Origin: an uncultured Christensenellaceae bacterium
GTDB lineage: Bacteria; Bacillota; Clostridia; Christensenellales; UBA3700
Direction: 5' to 3'
DNA length: 64,000 nt
NCBI GenBank assembly: GCA_944376205.1
Contig: CALWBV010000002.1
Span: 72,520-136,519, forward strand
Shown here: piece after piece, positions 38,977-47,635 of the stretch
How positions within the stretch are numbered: position 1 is the first letter of the stretch
Layout: each line of letters opens with the position of its first letter
Program-made: the position numbers and the translations under genes
Notes under the pieces: model-generated
What the model was told of the DNA's origin: nothing
What the model saw: only the letters and a program-made list of their open reading frames with translations
The model's database searches: none

Positions 38977-39168
38977 ATGGATATGGATATCGCAAAAATA
39001 ATGCAAATGATGTCAAACAACGGCAACAACAAAGATATGTCAATGCTCATGCAACTACTGCCCAGTCTTATGAACAACAACCGTAACGCTTCTAAACCCG
39101 AAACATTAAAGCTCAATGAAGATGAGATAAACAAAACTTTGTCGGGACTATACGACAGCGACGAGTGA
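38977..39168 (+). CDS. Hypothetical small protein (63 aa, N/M-rich)
   Basis: SD GAGGTG 5 nt before the ATG; shares an EDEINK hexapeptide with the next ORF; no recognisable family. Confidence 0.45.
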   Translation: MDMDIAKIMQMMSNNGNNKDMSMLMQLLPSLMNNNRNASKPETLKLNEDEINKTLSGLYDSDE

Positions 39169-39234
39169 CTTTACAATACGTATCCGACAATACATATTGT
39201 CGAAGTATCGCAATACACCATATAAGGAGCAAAT

Positions 39235-39549
39235 ATGAAAAAAAACAGTTTTTACACTCGCAACAACTCTTTTCAATCCTTTGACGCACCCTCGTTCAAC
39301 AGCGATAATCAACAAAACCAAAACGGAACGGCTATGCCGCAAGGCATAGAAGACGAAATCAACAAATACTCGGGGATGTCAGAAGAAAGGCTTATGCAAG
39401 AGATGTTTCATCTTGTGGAAGAAGGCAGAAAAAACGGTACGCTCGACAATAAAAAACTCGAAGATTTTTTCAATTCCGCAAGCTGTATGCTCTCCGGCGA
39501 ACAAATTACCAAGCTGCGCTCGATAATCGATATGGCAAAAAACGGTTAA
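39235..39549 (+). CDS. Hypothetical protein (104 aa)
   Basis: SD AAGGAG 5 nt before the ATG; N/Q-rich N-terminus and a helical C-terminal half; followed by a strong terminator. Confidence 0.55.
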   Translation: MKKNSFYTRNNSFQSFDAPSFNSDNQQNQNGTAMPQGIEDEINKYSGMSEERLMQEMFHLVEEGRKNGTLDNKKLEDFFNSASCMLSGEQITKLRSIIDMAKNG

Positions 39550-39636
39550 GTCCATATTTTGCAATTTTTTCGCAACCTTTTAGTATATATATTTTACAAC
39601 CTACGCAAAACAACAAAACACGTTTTGCGACAGTAT

Positions 39637-39665
39637 AAAATACGGCGGATAATCCGCCGTATTTT
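39637..39665. terminator. Bidirectional terminator
   Basis: AAAAUACGGCGGA-UAA-UCCGCCGUAUUUU between convergent genes. Confidence 0.8.
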
Positions 39666-39719
39666 ATACGTTAAATTCTCTTATTCAGCCATTATGATTT
39701 ATTAGTTTTCCTGCACGAT

Positions 39720-40451
39720 TCAGCATTCAGTAAGTGCAGACATTATACGTTTTCTTATATCGTTGAGATTAGCGCCGTAAAGATCCCTGTCGTCAACATT
39801 TTCGTCTATGACAATTTGATCTACAATATTTACCGCCTCGTCTCCCTTTCTCGATAAAACTACGATTTTATCTGCCATAGCCAATGCTTCTTCGACATCA
39901 TGCGTAACAAAAACCACCGTTTTGCCCTTAATGAGAGGTTTAAGCGTAGTAAGAATCTGCATTTTAAGTTTTATATCCAAACCCTTGAAAGGTTCATCTA
40001 GTAACAATACGTCATAATCTCTTACCAATGCTCTTGCAAGCGCAGTCCTGCTCGCCTGACCGCCGCTTATAGCCGACGGATAAGATCGTCTGCAATCCTT
40101 AAGCTCCATACGCTCGATTATACTGTCGACTTTCTTTGCAACAGACTCTTTATCTTTCTTCTCAAGCACGAATTTTATATTGCCTTCCACCGTCAGCGAA
40201 GGTATGAGTCTGGGCTGTTGAAATACGTATGAGACAACTGCTTTGTCTATATTCATGTCGGCATATTGTCCATAAAATATGTCCCCGCTATAGGCTAATT
40301 GACCGCTAATGCAGTTGAGAAGCGTGGTTTTGCCTCCTCCGGAACTTCCCATGACGCAACATACTTTGCCTTCGTCTATTTCGAGATCGAAGTCTTTATA
40401 AACAGTCTTATTTTTATATGAAAAAGTCAGATTTCGAATAATCATTTCCAC
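39720..40451 (-). CDS. ABC transporter ATP-binding protein (NitT/TauT family)
   Basis: Walker A GSSGGGKTT, signature ISGGQ, Walker B LLLDEP, H-loop VTHD. Confidence 0.92.
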   Translation of the reverse strand: MEMIIRNLTFSYKNKTVYKDFDLEIDEGKVCCVMGSSGGGKTTLLNCISGQLAYSGDIFYGQYADMNIDKAVVSYVFQQPRLIPSLTVEGNIKFVLEKKDKESVAKKVDSIIERMELKDCRRSYPSAISGGQASRTALARALVRDYDVLLLDEPFKGLDIKLKMQILTTLKPLIKGKTVVFVTHDVEEALAMADKIVVLSRKGDEAVNIVDQIVIDENVDDRDLYGANLNDIRKRIMSALTEC

Positions 40452-41209
40452 TTCACCGCCTTTTTCTCTATAAGCCTCACTATTCCCTCAAATAAAGCTC
40501 CCAAAACGATTGCTACCACAGTCCATGCAATAAGCGTCGCCGTATCGAGATTGATTTTAGCAAACTGCATCTCGATACCTATACTCTTTGCCGTCTGCGC
40601 AAGCACCTCTGCGGCAATTACCAGTTTGAGATTGAGTCCTATCGAACTCTTTATTCCCGTAAATATGTTGGACGACATTTGAGGAAGATAAAGCGAAAAT
40701 ACCTTTGTCTTCGTATCGACTTTGTAGACTCTCGCCATTTCGATAAGATCTTTGTCGACACTTTCGAATGCATCGGCAAAAGCCGTATAAAGCATAGGAA
40801 ACACAACGCTGAATGCGACAAGTATCGTCGCTTCAAAACTGTCAAACCATATCAATGCCAAAAGTATCAACGACATTGTAGGCATTATTCTCACAAGCAC
40901 TATCAAAGGCGCAAGCGCACTTCTCAAAGGCTTGAAGGCATATGTTGCAAAAGCAAGCAATGCCGCCAATACGATTGCCAGAAAATACGATATAAATGCC
41001 CTGACCAACGTCCAGAAAACCGCCACGTAAAAACTCTTTTGAGCAAACAGAGAAAAGAATTGCTTCAACGTAGACGGTACCGACGGCACCAACATATCTA
41101 TGCCGACGACTTTGGATACGATTGCATACACGATAACCACGACTACCATCGTGGCTATCGGTAATACAATATTAAGAATTTTGCTTATCTTTTCCGATCG
41201 CATATACAC
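40442..41209 (-). CDS. ABC transporter permease (NitT/TauT family)
   Basis: 255 aa, 6 TM, BPD-type permease; overlaps the ATPase gene by 10 nt. Confidence 0.88.
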   Translation of the reverse strand: MYMRSEKISKILNIVLPIATMVVVVIVYAIVSKVVGIDMLVPSVPSTLKQFFSLFAQKSFYVAVFWTLVRAFISYFLAIVLAALLAFATYAFKPLRSALAPLIVLVRIMPTMSLILLALIWFDSFEATILVAFSVVFPMLYTAFADAFESVDKDLIEMARVYKVDTKTKVFSLYLPQMSSNIFTGIKSSIGLNLKLVIAAEVLAQTAKSIGIEMQFAKINLDTATLIAWTVVAIVLGALFEGIVRLIEKKAVKWK

Positions 41210-41249
41210 TTATACCGTTTTAGTTTTTACAACTAATCAAATCATCCGA

Positions 41250-42266
41250 TCAAGCGGCATAATAGAAATTATCGTCAGGCAATTTTCCGCCGATAGCAGC
41301 GATTTTAATTTCTTTTACCGCATTGAGCATCTGCTCATAATATGCCTTACCTTCAGGCATAGCAACCGTCTTAATGTTACATCTTTTGACAGAAGTTTCG
41401 TTCAGAGTTGCCGCAGAAAGCGTAGACTGCTCATAAATCGACTTGATATTGGTTACCGCTTGTTCGGGATTATTTACAACCCATTCTGCATTATCCGAAA
41501 AAGCCTTGAGCAAATTTGCGATAAATTCCTTATCTTCGCAAACGCTTGCCTTGGCTATCAATACGGCTTGAGCGTATCCCTCATATTCACTGTCTACGCT
41601 GTCTGCCCAAAGCGTCTGCAAATCAAATACTTCGACAAAGCCTTGCTTGCTTACTGCATTGGTGACTGCGGGCTCGGCAAATACTCCGAATACGTTTTTA
41701 CCCTCTTTTTTCGCAAGTGCCATTTGAGGTACGACTTCCGATCCGTCATTGAAATATTTTATAGTAACTTGTCCTGCAACAGCATATTCGCCCTGTGCAT
41801 AAGGTATGTTTGCCTTTTTGAGGAGCGATTGAAAAATCATGTCGGGAACGCTTCCCTGTCCGATAGAATATACAAGATTGCCTTTGAGTTCGCTCAAATC
41901 TTTGACGTCGGTTTCCGTATTGGAAACAACAAAAAGGTTACCGTTGGTTACTACGGCAAGAAGTATTATATCGTTGCCGCCGTTGTAAATCGTCGCCGCA
42001 AGATTTGCAGGAACTATCGCAAGATCGCTTTTAAGCGCTTCGTTACTGATTACGCCCGCAGATACTACGGATTTTTTCAACGTGTATGATTTATCTTGAG
42101 TATCGATGGTCGAAGCGACATTAGCTAAAGCAAGTGCAGGAGCACCGTCAGGAGCAACGAGAGTATACTCGTTTTGAGCTTTAGGTTCTTCGTCACATGC
42201 CGCAAACGCCAATATGCCGAACATCAATGTTGCCAACATTAAAATTGCAGTTATTGTTTTTTTCAT
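41250..42266 (-). CDS. ABC transporter substrate-binding lipoprotein (NMT1/THI5- or TauA/SsuA-like)
   Basis: 338 aa; signal peptide with lipobox-like LAFAAC; periplasmic binding-protein fold inferred from operon context and composition. Confidence 0.8.
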   Translation of the reverse strand: MKKTITAILMLATLMFGILAFAACDEEPKAQNEYTLVAPDGAPALALANVASTIDTQDKSYTLKKSVVSAGVISNEALKSDLAIVPANLAATIYNGGNDIILLAVVTNGNLFVVSNTETDVKDLSELKGNLVYSIGQGSVPDMIFQSLLKKANIPYAQGEYAVAGQVTIKYFNDGSEVVPQMALAKKEGKNVFGVFAEPAVTNAVSKQGFVEVFDLQTLWADSVDSEYEGYAQAVLIAKASVCEDKEFIANLLKAFSDNAEWVVNNPEQAVTNIKSIYEQSTLSAATLNETSVKRCNIKTVAMPEGKAYYEQMLNAVKEIKIAAIGGKLPDDNFYYAA

Positions 42267-42269
42267 ATA

Positions 42270-42527
42270 TTATTCTCCTATTGCAAATGAAGTTATTGCC
42301 GATTTAACATATACCTCGTCGAGTTTTCCGAGTTTTCCCGACAAAGCCGAAATTTGTTCGTTTGTACCTTTGACTATAACGCTTATGGTGCTAATGCCCG
42401 TCTCTTTGTCGGGGACGCCCATTCTGCCTATAATTATCGAACTGAAATTGGACAACAAATTTTGTATGGCAAGCGCCGTCGCCTTGTCTTGTTTGAGCAC
42501 GATTCCTATGACTCCTATCCTCAACAT
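42270..42527 (-). CDS. TM1266-like small ACT/NikR-C-like protein ('iron-only hydrogenase system regulator' family)
   Basis: 85 aa from the ATG at 42527 (SD AAAGGAG). RIGVIGIV...IIGRMGVP....GISTISVIV.G....ISALSGKLGKL matches my recollection of the TM1266/TIGR03959 family. The 15 upstream codons of the ORF track run through a terminator. Confidence 0.62.
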   Translation of the reverse strand: MLRIGVIGIVLKQDKATALAIQNLLSNFSSIIIGRMGVPDKETGISTISVIVKGTNEQISALSGKLGKLDEVYVKSAITSFAIGE

Positions 42528-42703
42528 ATTCACTCCTTTGGAGAATAAAAAAGCTCTGCAAAGGCAGAGCAAAATACAAATACGGTATTCATATCCTTAC
42601 TCTCCGAAAACTCATTGATTGGGTAATTTATTATACTCAGACGACAAGAAGTTTTCCCGTCCGTGTATAATAATATATTATTACAACTGTGTATTTTTGT
42701 CAA
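42528..42703 (-). promoter_or_regulatory. Promoter + ~100-nt leader + intrinsic terminator (candidate riboswitch/attenuator, class unassigned)
   Basis: TTGACA (42698-42703), 17 nt, TAATAT (42675-42680); the leader ends in GCUCUGC-CUUU-GCAGAGC + U6 (42547-42570), ~7 nt before the SD of the TM1266-like gene. Confidence 0.5.
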
Positions 42704-42770
42704 TCTCTTTGCCGTCGTTTCTATTATATCCTTAAATATCGTCTGAATACGGCGCATTAAAATATCAATT

Positions 42771-42799
42771 AAAAAAGCGACGCATTAACGCCGCTTTTT
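42771..42799 (-). terminator. Terminator downstream of the S41 peptidase gene
   Basis: AGCGGCG-UUAAUG-CGUCGCU (one mismatch) + U6 on the minus strand. Confidence 0.6.
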
Positions 42800-42815
42800 C
42801 TCAATTTGCTCAGAT

Positions 42816-44228
42816 TTATTTGAAAAGTTCAACTGCTCTTGCCACACATTTATCAGTATCGTATCCGGATATCTTATCTTCGATCTTATTTTCTTCTGAA
42901 GGAGTAAATCCTACCGTTTGAATACATTTTTCCCACACGAGTTCACCGTTTTCGTTTGCCGTGGGCACGTAATAAGTTCCGTTGGTGACATACAACAAAC
43001 TTCCGTTTGAGAGAGTGAACACTCTTTGCGCTACGCCTTTACCGTAAGTTTTCGTTCCGACAATCTGCGTATCGTTGTAATACTGCAAAGCGCCTATCAA
43101 AGCTTCCGAAGCCGAAGCCGTACCGCCGTTGCAAAGTACAACCACCTCAAATCCGTCAATCTTGTTTCCGAGATAATAACTCTCTTCATTTCCGCCGATT
43201 TTGGAGGAATATTGTATATTTTCCACCATTTTTCCGCCGCCAGAATTGGATACGAGTTTTATGACGGGCAAAGCCGTATCATTGGGATTATGCAACAAAT
43301 ATTGAGATATAAACGCAAGACTCGTAGCGTCGCCGCCGCCGTTGTTTCTCAAATCGAGAATAAGTTTTTTCTTACCAGCCTGCACGAATTGTTGCACGCA
43401 ATCTTCAAAATCGACGTTTGCTTCGGTTGAGAATTCCAAAAGCTTTATTATACCTATATCGTCGGTATATGAATAATAAAACGCTTTTTTATTGACTGCG
43501 TCTCCGAAAGTACGCTTAAGATTTATTCCGTAATATCCGTCGAGATAACCGCCGTTGCCGTCGTATTTCTTGATAATAAATTCCGCTTCGCTGTTTACCT
43601 CGTTGAGAATTCCCGTCATATATGACGAATCGGCACTTTCGAAAACAATAGGAATACGCTTACTTCCTTCGTCGTTTGTGACCGTAACCATCAAACCGTA
43701 AATTCTGTCTCCCTCTCTGAATTGTACAACTTCATCGTCAACCGTCAAAGGAGTAGCGCTCTTGACTTCGCCGTCTTCAATTTCGTATTTGGCGATTGCT
43801 CTTGCATTGTAATTGGGGGTATCGGGTATGATAAACGTCAACTCATGCTGATTATACAATGTACTTGAAATATACAGTCCGAAAGTACCCGTCTGCGAAT
43901 TGCCGCTGTCCGCACTTATCATTCCGGAATATTGGTCGAGACTTCCCGCAAAAGCCGCTGCCGCAATTTCCTGAAACTTATTCCACGTTATGTCTTTATA
44001 ATAGTATTGTTTGATATAATTATAGGCTTCTATCATAAGCGGCAAATCTTTGTTAAAGCCTGTATTGTTGCCGAGTACGAATCCCAGCGCAAAGCTTATC
44101 GCCAAAACCAATACGCAAGCGACGACGATTATCGCAATAAGCACTTTGTTTTTCTTTTTCTTTGTCTGAGGTTGAACTTCGGCAGTTTCATTGCAAAGAA
44201 AAATATCTTTCAAATCCTTGTTCTCCAC
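42816..44228 (-). CDS. S41-family C-terminal processing peptidase, membrane-anchored
   Basis: 470 aa; N-terminal TM, LILDLRNNGGGD and GGTASASE (Ser nucleophile) motifs. Confidence 0.88.
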   Translation of the reverse strand: MENKDLKDIFLCNETAEVQPQTKKKKNKVLIAIIVVACVLVLAISFALGFVLGNNTGFNKDLPLMIEAYNYIKQYYYKDITWNKFQEIAAAAFAGSLDQYSGMISADSGNSQTGTFGLYISSTLYNQHELTFIIPDTPNYNARAIAKYEIEDGEVKSATPLTVDDEVVQFREGDRIYGLMVTVTNDEGSKRIPIVFESADSSYMTGILNEVNSEAEFIIKKYDGNGGYLDGYYGINLKRTFGDAVNKKAFYYSYTDDIGIIKLLEFSTEANVDFEDCVQQFVQAGKKKLILDLRNNGGGDATSLAFISQYLLHNPNDTALPVIKLVSNSGGGKMVENIQYSSKIGGNEESYYLGNKIDGFEVVVLCNGGTASASEALIGALQYYNDTQIVGTKTYGKGVAQRVFTLSNGSLLYVTNGTYYVPTANENGELVWEKCIQTVGFTPSEENKIEDKISGYDTDKCVARAVELFK

Positions 44229-44279
44229 TGTTTTTCTCCTTATATATAACCGTATTTGCAGCTTTGCTGCAAAATGATT

Positions 44280-45185
44280 TTATTGGCGCGATATTATCCT
44301 TTCACACGACATGTCATAATAAAATGACTGAATTTTGCTATCCTTAAGCGCAAAACACACTTGTTTGTTCACATAAACGTCGCTTATCGGTGCAGCAACT
44401 TGAGCTTTTGCCTGTTCGTTTCCGTCAGGTACTCCGTAATATTTATCCTGCGATTTCAAAAGCACGCCCGTATAGAGCTCGTAACCGCATAACGCAGCAC
44501 TCGTTATGTTAAGCGGCCGTGAAGCCATATCCCTTAATCTGCCCTGACCTTCGCCTACGCCGTCGCTCAATACGAGAATATCGTCTTCGACAAGACTTTT
44601 GACAAACTCTTTGTCATCAGTAGCTATGACTGCACTTTTGTTTGCAGTATATGATTTTATATATCCGTATATAATCTCTTTCTGCTTTTCATCGAGTCCG
44701 TCGGCAATATTATCTATAAGATACAACTTTCTTTCGACTGAAAAAAGCCTTGCAATCAATAATTTCGCAACTTCAAAGGGCTGCAAATCTTTGGCTTTAA
44801 TGTTCAAATCGAGAGAAAATTCTTGTGCCGACTCTTTGACTTTTATTTCAGTATCTTCTGTCGAGTATTGCCTTAATCGCATAGGATAAGACAAGATTTG
44901 ATAAACTGTTTTGTTTTTATTCAAAGATTTTTTGTCGAATGTAAAACCTATATTCCTATCTTTGAGAGAAATCCCGTCGATATTTGCGCCGTCGTACATT
45001 ATCTCTCCGTCGTATTCCTCCAGTCCTGCCAAAGTACGTAAAAGCGTAGTTTTGCCGCAACCGTCGAGTCCGTAAACTATAAGTCTCTCACCTTCTTTCA
45101 GCACAAGACTTACGTCGTCCAGTCCTTTGTAGCCGCCTATATAGTTTACGCGGATATGTTTTACATCCAGCAACAATTTACTCAT
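44280..45185 (-). CDS. MalK/UgpC-like ABC ATPase homologue with degenerate catalytic motifs
   Basis: 301 aa. Walker A is retained (GLDGCGKTT). The Q-loop lacks Q (IGFTFDKKSL), the signature reads LQPFE instead of LSGGQ, Walker B is LYLIDNIADGLD (no catalytic Glu) and the H-loop is ATDD. A C-terminal MalK-type regulatory-like domain is present, and there is no adjacent permease. Confidence 0.7.
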   Translation of the reverse strand: MSKLLLDVKHIRVNYIGGYKGLDDVSLVLKEGERLIVYGLDGCGKTTLLRTLAGLEEYDGEIMYDGANIDGISLKDRNIGFTFDKKSLNKNKTVYQILSYPMRLRQYSTEDTEIKVKESAQEFSLDLNIKAKDLQPFEVAKLLIARLFSVERKLYLIDNIADGLDEKQKEIIYGYIKSYTANKSAVIATDDKEFVKSLVEDDILVLSDGVGEGQGRLRDMASRPLNITSAALCGYELYTGVLLKSQDKYYGVPDGNEQAKAQVAAPISDVYVNKQVCFALKDSKIQSFYYDMSCERIISRQ

Positions 45186-45314
45186 ACACTAATTATATAA
45201 TCAAAAAGTGTAAAATACAAGCACAAAATTTGAAAGCAAAGTATAATTTATGAAAAATATTTACATGAATGCTAAATAATAAATACAAATCTTTTCAAAC
45301 TTATAAAACAAAAC

Positions 45315-46001
45315 TCAAATATCGGCTTTAAGCTCTTTGAGCAATTCGTCAAAGCCGTGAATATAATTTTGGCACAATTGTTTGAATCTTAAATGCGCAT
45401 TTGAGTATTTGTCATAGACTCCGCAAAAAGCAAATCCGCCTTTTTTTGCCCCTTCTATCGCCAAAGGAATATCTTCAAAGACCATGCATCTGTCGGGACG
45501 TACGTTTATTTTACGTGCCGCAAGTTCATATATATCGGGAAATCCCTTTCCTCTCTCGACTTCTTCTATTGTCGTAAGCGGGCAAAACTTTTTAAGACTT
45601 TCGCTGTCAATACCGTTGTGCGCAAGACAAGGACGGGCAATCTGTCCGAAAAGAGTCGTAGCATATGCGACTTTAACGTCTCTTTTCAGAAATTCTGCAA
45701 TTACGTCATAGGCATAGGGTTTGAGAAATATATCGCTCGTATATTCGTGTTCGACCATTTCTATCCATCTGTCCTTTATCTGCTGCGTGCTTTGAGAAAG
45801 ATTGTATCTCGTCTTTGTGTATAAAGCCGCTTCGTTGAAATGCATCTGTTTGACAGCTTCTGTATAATCGGGAGTAAGCGCAATTCCGTTTTCTGCAAGA
45901 AAATCTTCGTCGACTTTATTCCACACCCACATGGAATCAAGCAACGTTCCGTCAAGATCGAATATTACGCCGTCAATTTGTCTTTTGAATAAAGTTACCA
46001 T
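45315..46001 (-). CDS. HAD-IA family hydrolase (beta-phosphoglucomutase-like)
   Basis: 228 aa; motif I FDLDGTLLDS, C-terminal FEDIPLAIEGAKKGG. Confidence 0.87.
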   Translation of the reverse strand: MVTLFKRQIDGVIFDLDGTLLDSMWVWNKVDEDFLAENGIALTPDYTEAVKQMHFNEAALYTKTRYNLSQSTQQIKDRWIEMVEHEYTSDIFLKPYAYDVIAEFLKRDVKVAYATTLFGQIARPCLAHNGIDSESLKKFCPLTTIEEVERGKGFPDIYELAARKINVRPDRCMVFEDIPLAIEGAKKGGFAFCGVYDKYSNAHLRFKQLCQNYIHGFDELLKELKADI

Positions 46002-46135
46002 ATTTCTCCGTCAAAAAAGATTATACAGTATTTTCTTTTCTCTTTCAACCCACTTATCGAATTTATTGCAAATTTCCTAAAAAAGGAAAGCCGCCATAAG
46101 ACGACTTTCCAGACAAATTAATATTGTTTGAATTA

Positions 46136-47551
46136 TCAGATGACGTATTTGTTTTGTTTTTGAGGAGCGTTTGCAAGTTCCTGTCTCTTTTCGTCATATC
46201 CGGGTCTGCCCAAAAGCGCATAGGTAGCGTTCTTGCCTTCTTCAACTCCGGGCTGATTGAAAGTATCGATTCCGAGCAAAGCACCTGCATATGCCGTCTG
46301 AAGCATAAAGTAAATGAGAAGCTGTCCTAGAGTAAACTCGTTGAGTTCGGGAAGCATAATCGTGTAGTTGAGCTTTCCTGCTTTGGTTACGGCATATTCC
46401 GTAGCCTTTCTCTCTGCCTGAATGAGTTCGTTCATTGTATGTCCGCAGAGGAAGTTTACGTTGGGATATTCCTCGCAACCTGCGGGGATTTCTACTGTCG
46501 TACGGTATTCGTCAACGCCGATAAAGGTAATTACCTTGTCAAAAGGTCCTTCTGCGTAAAGCTGTACTTGAGAGTGCTGGTCGGTTACGCCGAGAGACTT
46601 GACGGGAGTCTGACCTACATTGCAATCGCTGCCGTCGAGCTTCTTGTTTTTACCGAGAGATTCTGCCCAAAGCTGTGCATACCAGTCTGCGATAAACTTG
46701 AGTCCGTCTGCGTAAGGCATCATAACGCCGATATTCTTGCCCTTTTGCATTGCAAGATGCTGAAGTGCTGCCGCCATGAGCGCGGGATTCTTCTTTGCAT
46801 TTGCGCTGTCGCACTGCTCCATCATGTATTTAGCACCTGCAAGCATACCCTTAATGTCGATACCTACAACTGCCGCAGGCAACAAACCTACAGGACAAAG
46901 TTCGCTGAATCTGCCGCCTACTCCGTCGGGAATATAGAAAGTCTTGTAATTCTCTTTGGTAGCTATTTTGATAAGGTTACCGGTAGACTTGGAAGTCGTA
47001 GCAATGATATGGTCTTTTGCTTTAGCTCCGAGTTTCTTGGTAAGAATACTGTTGATGATGAGATACTGCGTCATCGTCTCGGAGGTAGAACCCGACTTGG
47101 TGATTACGTTGAACATCGTCTTTTCCACGTCGATAACGTCGAGAAGAGCTTCCATTCTCTCGGGGTCAACGTTGTCTTCTACATAGAACTTGGGACCCTT
47201 GCGCTTACGCTTGGGCAAGTCGTTGTAATGCAAATGGCACATAGCCTGGAATGCCGCAATGGGACCGAGCGCACTGCCGCCGATACCGAGTACTACGAAA
47301 TACTCGTAATTCTTTCTGATCTGTTTAGCTGTCTCAATAATATCTTCGACAACTTCGTCCTGGTTGTAAGGAAGGTCTGCCCAACCCATCATGCCCTTAC
47401 CCTTTCCTGCCTCAACGGCATCGAAAGCCTTTGCGAGTTCGTCTTCGATAGCGGTAAGATTTTTGTCGGTAAATCCGTCTTTGCCGACACTTGCGGACAT
47501 CATGTTATTATAGTCCATTCTGATTTTCATCGTCTTTTTGCTGTAACGCAT
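46136..47551 (-). CDS. pgi: Glucose-6-phosphate isomerase
   Basis: 471 aa; SIS motifs VVLGIGGSALG and TKSGSTSET; SD AGGAG 8 nt before the ATG. Confidence 0.95.
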   Translation of the reverse strand: MRYSKKTMKIRMDYNNMMSASVGKDGFTDKNLTAIEDELAKAFDAVEAGKGKGMMGWADLPYNQDEVVEDIIETAKQIRKNYEYFVVLGIGGSALGPIAAFQAMCHLHYNDLPKRKRKGPKFYVEDNVDPERMEALLDVIDVEKTMFNVITKSGSTSETMTQYLIINSILTKKLGAKAKDHIIATTSKSTGNLIKIATKENYKTFYIPDGVGGRFSELCPVGLLPAAVVGIDIKGMLAGAKYMMEQCDSANAKKNPALMAAALQHLAMQKGKNIGVMMPYADGLKFIADWYAQLWAESLGKNKKLDGSDCNVGQTPVKSLGVTDQHSQVQLYAEGPFDKVITFIGVDEYRTTVEIPAGCEEYPNVNFLCGHTMNELIQAERKATEYAVTKAGKLNYTIMLPELNEFTLGQLLIYFMLQTAYAGALLGIDTFNQPGVEEGKNATYALLGRPGYDEKRQELANAPQKQNKYVI

Positions 47552-47635
47552 AAATTTATCTCCTATTGACCTGTCGGTCGGTTTTTATCGTTTTTGTATT
47601 ATGTTATCTATTATATATAGCGTATAACGGATAAA

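Noticed and set aside
42571-42668. Assigning the ABC-operon leader to the TPP (THI-box) or guanidine-I (ykkC) riboswitch class
   Set aside because: Only fragments resemble these classes (CUGAG...ACCC; ACACGGACGGGAAAA). The pyrophosphate-sensor arm of the THI-box and the 5' half of the ykkC motif are not present. I therefore left the class unassigned rather than naming one.
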